Source: an uncultured Methanosarcinaceae archaeon | GTDB taxonomy: Archaea; Halobacteriota; Methanosarcinia; Methanosarcinales; Methanosarcinaceae | Direction: 5' to 3' | NCBI GenBank assembly: GCA_963727895.1 | Contig: CAVSHT010000012.1 | Span: forward strand, 256,001 to 320,000 | Length of the DNA: 64,000 bases | Translations under genes and position numbers: made by a program | Shown here: positions 56,442 through 64,000 of the stretch, one piece after another | How positions within the stretch are numbered: position 1 is the stretch's first letter | How the letters are laid out: each line of letters starts with the position of its first letter | The notes under the pieces: generated by a model | The model's input: the letters and a program-made list of their open reading frames with translations, nothing else | Told to the model about the DNA's origin: nothing | Databases searched by the model: none

Positions 56442-56575
56442 AAGACTATTTCCCCCAATAATTTATCGACTTTGTTCATCTTTCGTTATACCCTGGTTTT
56501 CTGCAATTGGGAAATATAAAACCTTATGCTCATTCCCTACAGAAACCGTTTGAACTTCTTCTTTTATGAACTGAT

Positions 56576-56674
56576 TTAACAGAGATTAAAGAAGAAGCCA
56601 AAGTTATTTGTAAATGTAAAGCATTGGCTAAGACCAAATCCAAAGCTAATGCTAGGCATGCAGAAACATGACAT
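56576..56674 (-). CDS. Phe/Cys-rich peptide, 32 aa, MSCFCMPSISFGFGLSQCFTFTNNFGFFFNLC
   Basis: Same GGGGGAAATA RBS as its neighbours, first gene of the array, followed by a related spacer hairpin. Confidence 0.75.
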   Translation of the reverse strand: MSCFCMPSISFGFGLSQCFTFTNNFGFFFNLC

Positions 56675-56760
56675 GTTTATTTCCCCCATAGTTTAGAATT
56701 TTCAACATCGATACTTAAATACTGTAAATAACAAGCTTATTTGCAACGACGATTCAGTTT

Positions 56761-56775
56761 GTATAAATATTTCTG
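56761..56775 (-). promoter_or_regulatory. Candidate BRE/TATA promoter for the peptide array
   Basis: Minus strand CAGAAATATTTATAC, about 90 nt upstream of the first ATG (56674). Confidence 0.55.
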
Positions 56776-57535
56776 ATATCAAACCCCCAAATTACACGGA
56801 CACTGTCAGCCACTTTATAATATTTATACGTGGATTTCCTCTTATTTCGGGACATACCGTTAGAAGTTTTAACTAACAGTGACTGTATATAGCTATATAT
56901 ACCAAATTATATAAGCTCAATAGAATTTCATCTCCTTATAAAAAATACTCACTAAATGATTAGAGAAAGGAATCCTTGAACATAAATATATTTTTTATAT
57001 ATATTATAACAATTAAATTACGTGATCTCGCTTTACTTCTATATAAATAGTTAGATGTATTATTAGAGTTGGCATGAAAATTTTTTAGATTATTACTGCA
57101 GTAATTTTAAATCGTCCACCGACTTTACAAAAAACATTCATATATACAACATTAACAAAATAACATATAGGATATAGGGGCATAATTATAAAATTATTAA
57201 GAATGAATTCGCATCATGAAAATAAAATGGTATCTACCCTCACTTATACCATTTAGAAGACTCAATGTGCAATAATAGTAGAGAATGAGACATTATTTAG
57301 ATCAATAAATAGAGTAGATAGCTAATTAGTGGATAAATATTAATTATTAAAAATTTAATGTTAAATGTCAGCATTTAAAGTAATAGATCAATATTTATAT
57401 GCATTAAGATCAAATCTTTAGTCGAAAATTAAAAAAGCATAAGTTAAAATGGACTTTCTTACATAATAAGTAAAAACGTTGAAATTATTCAATATGATTC
57501 ATTAAGATCATATTTTAGTAACTTTGGGAAAGGGG

Positions 57536-58054
57536 GATGGAAATATTATCAAAAATAGTTTACCTGAGGATGGATTTTCTATTGTTGAAAGTTCAAATGT
57601 TAGAAAAGACTATCTATTTGGGAGTCTAGAGATAAGGGATATGTTGTAAGGGGAAATAGTCTCAATAGAGTGCCATATCAAGAATTTGTGAATCATTGGG
57701 ATATGAAAAATGGTTTTTTCAGTTTTTTAATTCATACTCCGTACCTGATTACTCTTGAAAATACTTTGTGCTCTACCTTTAAGGACTCAAGAACTGGAAT
57801 TGATCCACAAAAATTCTTAAAGAAACTGCTTGAAGTCATGGAACTACCGGATTGCATGCATTACAAATCAAGAAACTTTTCAAGAAACAAGTTCCAAGAA
57901 ATCTCAATTGTACGTTCACGTATTAATTACCCTGCAATCCTTTTTGGAAGAAACTATCGAAACCCTTAATCCTACAAAAAAAGCCCAAATTTGTGAAGAT
58001 TTTGAATTTGATAGAACAGAGAACAGTAAATCACTACAAGCAATTATGAATTGA
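57536..58054 (+). pseudogene. Decayed ABC transporter ATP-binding gene
   Basis: Segments align by eye to the ATPase at 60649-61551 (IVESSNVRKDYLFGSLEI vs VIEVIDVKKSYILGDLEV; LLEVMELPDCMHYK vs LLRLVGLEDRMHHK; ISIVRSRINYPAIL vs VAIARALINDPAIL). Walker A and signature motif lost. Confidence 0.7.
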
Positions 58055-58120
58055 AAAATGCGCTGTAGCGTTTTCTAAGAAACAAATAAAATAACTTAAT
58101 ATCATCGAAGGTGTAACTCT

Positions 58121-59356
58121 ATGCAAATAATCAATAAGAATAAAGTCGCAGCTTTTTTTTCCTTACTTTTGATTTCTGCGTTTTTTGCAGCTCCCGTTTC
58201 TGCATCAGGAAATGCGAGTCTTAAAGTTACAATAGTTGAAACGAATCCCTATCCTGCAAAAATAGGGGAATCCCTGGATTTAACTGTTCAGGTAGAAAAC
58301 GTTGGAGGGAGTAAAGCTGACAATGTCGATATTGATATTGTGCCTCCGTACTCATTTTCTCTTGATTCTCAGGCAAATGCTGTTCAAAATATTGGGGCCC
58401 TCAATCCCGGCAGTACATCTACAAAGGAATTTCACCTTACTGTAGACAAAAACGCGCAGAAAGGAATGCGCTCTATTAAGGTCCGAACAAGAATAAGTAC
58501 AGATAGTCCTTGGAATGAGAAGAGTTTTGACATTCGGGTTGGTACAGAAACATTTGATAGCAAAGGTACAGTGGAGCTTAAGGAAGTAACTTCGGAACCC
58601 AAAGTATTTATGCCAGGGGATAAGGGAACTATCACTGTAACTCTTACAAACACTGCAACTTCTCCAACCATTACTATAGGGGAAAATACATATGACACTA
58701 ATGCCCGAATACAGTCGGCGGTCTTGAAACCTTTATCAGAAGGAATTACTGTTCTTGATGCCCCCTACAATGACATGGGAATTTTGGGACCTGGAGACAG
58801 TATCAACCTGACTTTCATGGTTAAGGTTGCAGAGGATGCCACCGAAGGAACTCACAACCTTGAACTTGCAATAGAAGGAAACTCATTTGATTACAACAGC
58901 AAAAAGAATATCCCTCTCACGGTTGATGCTTCAAATGTTAAGGTAATTACTTCAAAAGAACTTACGATGGTCGATGGAAAAGCTACAGTTGAGTTTGATG
59001 TGGCAAATATTCATCCTAATGAGTTTAATTCTGTAAGCATAAAACCTGAAGCAGAAGATGTGAAATTTTACCCTACAGAATATTTTATCGGACCAATGAA
59101 TCCAGACGAGCTTTTCACAATTGATTTTAATGCAGTCGCAGAAAATCCGGCGATTATTAGCAACGACGGAATAAACATGAACCTGACTGCAAACTATAAC
59201 AACGGCATCAACAGACATGAAAACACAATAGGAAACCTGAATTTTACAAATGTTCCAATATCTACTGAATCGAACTCAAGCGCTTTACTGACCGGTGGAC
59301 TTATTGTAATTTTGATTCCAGCAGCTTTCTTGTATTACAGAAAAAGAAAACAATAA
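58121..59356 (+). CDS. COG1361/CARDB-like surface protein associated with an ABC transporter
   Basis: Signal peptide, repeated Ig-like strands (ETNPYPAKIGE, IGALNPG, GILGPG, IGPMNPD), C-terminal TM helix plus RKRK. Confidence 0.85.
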   Translation: MQIINKNKVAAFFSLLLISAFFAAPVSASGNASLKVTIVETNPYPAKIGESLDLTVQVENVGGSKADNVDIDIVPPYSFSLDSQANAVQNIGALNPGSTSTKEFHLTVDKNAQKGMRSIKVRTRISTDSPWNEKSFDIRVGTETFDSKGTVELKEVTSEPKVFMPGDKGTITVTLTNTATSPTITIGENTYDTNARIQSAVLKPLSEGITVLDAPYNDMGILGPGDSINLTFMVKVAEDATEGTHNLELAIEGNSFDYNSKKNIPLTVDASNVKVITSKELTMVDGKATVEFDVANIHPNEFNSVSIKPEAEDVKFYPTEYFIGPMNPDELFTIDFNAVAENPAIISNDGINMNLTANYNNGINRHENTIGNLNFTNVPISTESNSSALLTGGLIVILIPAAFLYYRKRKQ

Positions 59357-59397
59357 TCAAAAAAGTTCAATTAACATCATATTTACGGGGGTAAAAT

Positions 59398-60612
59398 ATG
59401 ATAAAATTTGCACAAGCAGCCCGTATAGCATTTGGGAGTATAGGAAGTGCTAAACTTAGATCTGCACTTACTACTCTGGGAATAGTAATCGGGATAGCTG
59501 CAGTAGTTGTTAATGCATCTCTCGGTGCCAGTTTTACCCAATTTTTTACTAATGAAATATCTTCTGTAGGCTCGAACTTTATTATTGCGGCTAGCAAGCA
59601 ACCAAATCTTTTCTTTGATAATGAGTACAATCTCATGAAGAACACACCAGGAATTTCGGGAGTATCTCCCAGGAAATCAATGACTGGAGATCTCACATAT
59701 TTATCAGAGACTAAAAGCGTTACTGTTGCAGGAATTAATAAAGACTTTCAGGAGATTCAGGGCTTGCAAATGGAAAGTGGTACTTTCCTGACAGATAAAG
59801 ACAGTTCTTCTGCTGTTCTTGGATATGATATTGCAAATGACAAGTTCAGTAGAAATATTTCCCACAGGAGCACTATAGAGATTGCTTTTAGACAGAACGA
59901 TGGCACAGTTGTGAAGAAAAGTTTTAAAGTAAAAGGGATACTGAAAAATTCCAAACCAACAGTTGTAGGTGAAGATAGCGACTATGATATGACAGTTTTT
60001 ATTCCAATTTCCACTATGAATGAAATGACTGGGGAAAAAGACTATGGAACTCTCCTTGCAATGGCAGAAAGCCCTGAAAAAATTCGTGATATATCAGATA
60101 ATGTAGATAAAAGATTTGCCAGAAATTTTGGAATTCCAGAAAGAACAATTGACGATGAGGACTCAAAACCCTATTACGTCTTTAATCAGGAAGAAGTCCT
60201 TGAACAAACTGGAAAAATAGCAAGTGCTTTGAGTTCTTTTTTGCTCGCTCTTGCCTTAATATCACTCTTTGTGGGTTCAATAGGAATTATGAATATCATG
60301 CTTGTAACCGTAACTGAAAGAACCAGAGAAATAGGAATCATGAAATCTGTAGGTTACAGCAATTCCAATGTTTTATCCCTTTTTTTACTGGAGTCTGTAA
60401 TGGTCAGTTTCTTGGGAGGAGTAGTAGGTACTTTAATCGGTAGTTTGGGAGCTTATGCTCTTGAAAGTGCTCTTAAACTTCCTCCAGTATTTCCCTTAAC
60501 ATTAATTGAAATCGGAATTGCAATCTCTCTTCTTGTAGGAATAACTGCTGGCTTATATCCCGCAAGAAAAGCTGCACGCATGAATCCTGTGGATGCACTA
60601 AGATATGAATAA
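59398..60612 (+). CDS. MacB/FtsX-type (SalY-like) ABC permease
   Basis: RSALTTLGIVIGIAAV, GIMNIMLVTVTERTREIG, YPARKAARMNPVDALRYE. Confidence 0.95.
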   Translation: MIKFAQAARIAFGSIGSAKLRSALTTLGIVIGIAAVVVNASLGASFTQFFTNEISSVGSNFIIAASKQPNLFFDNEYNLMKNTPGISGVSPRKSMTGDLTYLSETKSVTVAGINKDFQEIQGLQMESGTFLTDKDSSSAVLGYDIANDKFSRNISHRSTIEIAFRQNDGTVVKKSFKVKGILKNSKPTVVGEDSDYDMTVFIPISTMNEMTGEKDYGTLLAMAESPEKIRDISDNVDKRFARNFGIPERTIDDEDSKPYYVFNQEEVLEQTGKIASALSSFLLALALISLFVGSIGIMNIMLVTVTERTREIGIMKSVGYSNSNVLSLFLLESVMVSFLGGVVGTLIGSLGAYALESALKLPPVFPLTLIEIGIAISLLVGITAGLYPARKAARMNPVDALRYE

Positions 60613-60648
60613 GAAATAAGGCATACCGTATGAAAATTAAAACCAGGT

Positions 60649-61551
60649 ATGAATCGATTCAAACACTTGAAAAACAGAGGTGTAGACATGGAATCGAAAA
60701 TATCAAGTGAAGATGTATCTACTTCAGAAGATTTAATATTGGAACCAGGAACCAAAAATCCTAGATTTGAAGGAGAACTTCTATCGGGAGAAGACCATAT
60801 CACTTCAGCAGATATGGTTAAATGTAATTCAAACTATTCTAAATATTTCCATAATGAAGAAACAAATGGAAAGAAAACTCCCGTTATTGAAGTCATTGAT
60901 GTCAAAAAGAGTTACATTCTTGGAGATCTGGAGGTTCCTGTCCTTCACAATATTAACCTAGAAGTTTGCGCAGGGGAATTTCTTGCCATTATGGGACCTT
61001 CTGGTTCAGGGAAAAGCACACTTATGAATTTAATAGGTTTCCTTGATAGACCTACGGAAGGAAGAATCATAATTAAAAGTTTGAATATAAATAAACTATC
61101 TGACAAAGAAGTCGCCAGGCTTAGAGGATTGGAAATTGGGTTTGTGTTTCAAACATTCAACCTAATCCCCAGGCTTACAGCTCTTGAAAATGTCGAGCTT
61201 CCGACCTATGCTAATAAAAAAAATGGAGTAAATACCCATGAAAGGGCAAAAGACTTACTTAGACTTGTGGGGCTGGAAGATCGAATGCATCACAAACCAG
61301 GTGAACTTTCAGGTGGACAATCTCAGAGAGTTGCTATTGCCAGAGCTCTTATCAATGATCCTGCGATCCTTCTTGCAGATGAGCCCACTGGAAATCTAGA
61401 CTCAAAGACGGGCTGTGAAATTTTAGATATATTTAGGAAACTTAACGAATACGGGAGGACTATTATAATAATCACTCATGATCCAGAAATCGCAGGATAT
61501 GCAGATAGAATAGTACTCGTAAGAGATGGTATCATTCAGAACAAAGAATAA
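60649..61551 (+). CDS. LolD/MacB-type (SalX-like) ABC ATPase with N-terminal extension
   Basis: GPSGSGKS, IGFVFQ, LSGGQ, LADEPTGNLD, ITHD. The start may be ATG 60688. Confidence 0.95.
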   Translation: MNRFKHLKNRGVDMESKISSEDVSTSEDLILEPGTKNPRFEGELLSGEDHITSADMVKCNSNYSKYFHNEETNGKKTPVIEVIDVKKSYILGDLEVPVLHNINLEVCAGEFLAIMGPSGSGKSTLMNLIGFLDRPTEGRIIIKSLNINKLSDKEVARLRGLEIGFVFQTFNLIPRLTALENVELPTYANKKNGVNTHERAKDLLRLVGLEDRMHHKPGELSGGQSQRVAIARALINDPAILLADEPTGNLDSKTGCEILDIFRKLNEYGRTIIIITHDPEIAGYADRIVLVRDGIIQNKE

Positions 61552-61857
61552 TTTGGGGGTCATACTTTAAAACTTAAGTAGATTAGGATTTAAAATTAGC
61601 ATGACAAAAATCAAAAATTCACTTATTCCTTTTATGCGACCTTTTCTTTTGCTTTCCTCATTTTTTGCATTTTCTGCCCTTGTATATTTAATAAACTCCG
61701 ATCTTAAAATTATATCGTCAAAGCAAATTATGATCCTGAAAAATAGGAGAATATCTAAGTCAATCTTTCAAGAGAAAAAATAAAGTTTACTTTGATATAC
61801 ATAAAAACGAGCAGGAAAGAGTGTGCTCATAAACATAATGAGAAGAAAAAATAAATA

Positions 61858-62408
61858 GGCATTGGTACTCAAAAATAGATATATATGCTTATAACATATA
61901 TTTCTTCATGAACTGCCCAAAATGTAATAGTTCCAGTCACAGATGGATAAATAAATTTGGTCCGGAGTTAGAGGCTCTAAAAAGTGAAAATGAGATATCT
62001 ATTGTTGAAATGGATGAGATGCACACTTACATCGGTAACAAAAAAAATATTGCTGGATCTGGATTGCTGTTGATAGAGTTGGGAAAAAGTTCATCAACTG
62101 CTCTTTTGGTAGCAGAGGAACATAAACTGGAAAACTACTCTGGGAAAAATTGAAGAAAAAAGAGATTGGAGAAGTGATGACCGATCACTGGAGAGCATAT
62201 GCAGAGTTTCTTCCAGAAAAGATCCATACTCAATCAAAAGCAGAAACGTATACTGTTGAAGGATATAACAGCATATTGAGGCACTTTCTGGCAAGGTTGA
62301 GAAGAAAGACAAAGTGTTATACGAAGAGTCTTGAAATGCTAAAGTACTCGGTTATTCTATTGATGAAATAAAGAAATAAAGAACTAGATATATTTAGTTA
62401 ACAATACC
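61858..62408 (+). mobile_element. IS1-family element, copy 5, with about 190 bp internal deletion
   Basis: GGCATTGGTACTC / TTAGTTAACAATACC ends, 8-bp TSD AATAAATA. InsA jumps from SSSH to WINKF. Confidence 0.92.
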
Positions 62409-62425
62409 AATAAATATTCATCCAC

Positions 62426-63748
62426 TTAAGTAAGCGGAATGGTAAAGATAAAGGTATTGCCTTTTTCAACATTAGATTCTACCCAGATATTTCCTCCGTG
62501 AAGATCTATGAAGTTTTTGGCAATAAATAGGCCAAGTCCAGCTCCACCGTATCTCCTAGCTGTAGAAATATCTGACTGAATAAAAGACAATACTCTTTCA
62601 TGATCTCCTTTTGAGAATACTGTACTACTATCCGAAACTTTAACCTCTAATGTCCCTTCTTTTTGGATAGCACTAATATTAACCCTTCCTTTTTCAGAAG
62701 TGAATTTTATAGCATTATTCATTAGATTGTATAAAACCTGTCTCAGCTTTGTTCTGTCAGCTCGAATGCTCTCAAGAGAAGCATCTACCTTGACTTCTAC
62801 ACTTATTTTCTTATTTGAAGCAAATGAGAGAAGATTCATTCTTACTTCCCCAATAAGACCTGCGAGATCTACATTTTCATAGTTAAGGCTTCTTTCACCA
62901 GCTTTGAATCTTGAGACATCAAGTAGAGTATTAATAATTTCCAGAAGATTTTTCCCACTTATTAAAATATTATTTACATATTTTGATTGCCTCGTATTGA
63001 GGGATCCAAAAGCTCCTTCCAGCAACAAATCAGAAAAACCTATAATGGAGTTAAGAGGAGTCCGAAGTTCATGACTCATATTAATTAGTAGCCCGTTTTT
63101 GATCCAGTTAGTGACTTCTAAATCCATTTCTGTCTTGGAAAATAAACATTCCAGTCCAACTCCCTCTAAATTTCTCAACAGCGTCCATTTTCCATTTCGT
63201 TTGACGAATACATCGTTTACATCTATTAGTTCAAGGATGTCTTTACCTGAAAGTTCTTCAAGAGGAAAAGTACATAAGAGCGTGGAACTTTTATTATTTT
63301 CAAAAACCATTTCATCAAAGGTTTTTCTACAAATTTCAAGACAAGGTTTAATAAGATTTTTTATAGTGTTATTAAAATCAAGATTCATTCTGAAACCTGA
63401 AAATCCTCCCGAAACAGCTTTTTGATACCCATTTTCTGCGAGTTCTTTTACTGATGATGCAAAAAGGGCAACATTTTCGGGAAGGGGATTAGCTTGAAGG
63501 ATTTTCAATTGAGAAGAGGTTAGGCAGTGCTCGACATCCATCCCAGATTTTTTAAGTTCACTTTTTGCCCCTTGAGCGGTCAATTTATCTGGAGAAATCC
63601 ATAAGCAATACTCTCCCCCTTCAATTCCCTGCTTAAAAAATGTAACAAGTAATACTTCCAGTTCGTCAGCATTATCATATACAGCAGAGATCTGAGGGCT
63701 GTGCGGAGCAATTGAACAAAATCCAGGGTCTTCATTAATATTATCCAA
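62426..63748 (-). CDS. MEDS-domain sensor histidine kinase
   Basis: MEDS N-terminus (FFKQGIEGGEYCLWI), H-box MSHELRTPLN, N-box NLMNNAIKF, G2 GAGLGL. Confidence 0.9.
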   Translation of the reverse strand: MDNINEDPGFCSIAPHSPQISAVYDNADELEVLLVTFFKQGIEGGEYCLWISPDKLTAQGAKSELKKSGMDVEHCLTSSQLKILQANPLPENVALFASSVKELAENGYQKAVSGGFSGFRMNLDFNNTIKNLIKPCLEICRKTFDEMVFENNKSSTLLCTFPLEELSGKDILELIDVNDVFVKRNGKWTLLRNLEGVGLECLFSKTEMDLEVTNWIKNGLLINMSHELRTPLNSIIGFSDLLLEGAFGSLNTRQSKYVNNILISGKNLLEIINTLLDVSRFKAGERSLNYENVDLAGLIGEVRMNLLSFASNKKISVEVKVDASLESIRADRTKLRQVLYNLMNNAIKFTSEKGRVNISAIQKEGTLEVKVSDSSTVFSKGDHERVLSFIQSDISTARRYGGAGLGLFIAKNFIDLHGGNIWVESNVEKGNTFIFTIPLT

Positions 63749-64000
63749 AATATATTCCCCTGCATACTTCTTGAGAAATGTGTTTCTTTTATTTGTATAG
63801 AAGGTTTGAATGAAACATGAGACCGAATTTGCAAATACAACATATATTAAGATTCTAAATTTACTTAAAGTATTTTAAAATTATTAAGAAAATTGATGGT
63901 AACAGAATTATTTTATGGTACCAATAAAAATTTAGATGTATATTTATTAGTTCTAAATATAGGCTGAACACATATAAGAAATATGCGAATTTATATTGTC

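Larger units (their letters stand above)
55742..56460. repeat. Tandem array with 200-212 bp period (peptide gene plus hairpin spacer)
   Basis: Unit starts at 55742, 55943, 56155, 56355. Units 1 and 3 are almost identical. Confidence 0.95.

Noticed and set aside
55742..56460. CRISPR array
   Set aside because: Period is 200-212 bp, the whole unit is repeated with no unique spacers, units encode peptides, and there are no cas genes in the window.

Overview
Archaeal DNA, almost certainly from a Methanosarcina species (inferred from mtaCB, the aha operon, NrpRI, class II LysRS and MEDS/PocR kinases). Housekeeping content: three tRNAs, a geranylfarnesyl-diphosphate synthase with an adjacent radical SAM gene, the A1A0 ATP synthase operon ahaHIKECFABD(G), a methanol methyltransferase locus resembling mtaCB2 (with YaaH/SatP, CDF, two hydantoinase-A-like genes and msrD/E-like regulators), YchF, an NgBR-like cis-prenyltransferase subunit, nrpRI, sufC/sufB, an FAD/Fe-S oxidoreductase, lysS and two MEDS kinases. 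Mobile content: five defective IS1-family copies and a small MITE-like family. Many genes between about 15 and 52 kb carry 1-2 base frameshifts, probably assembly errors. The standout is at 55.7-56.8 kb and is missed by the ORF track. It is a minus-strand array of five 28-32 aa Cys/aromatic-rich peptide genes, each with its own RBS, separated by conserved hairpins and bounded by a candidate promoter and terminator. It lies divergent from a decayed ABC ATPase and an intact COG1361/MacB-type ABC transporter operon. This looks like an unannotated peptide production/export system, but its function is inference.
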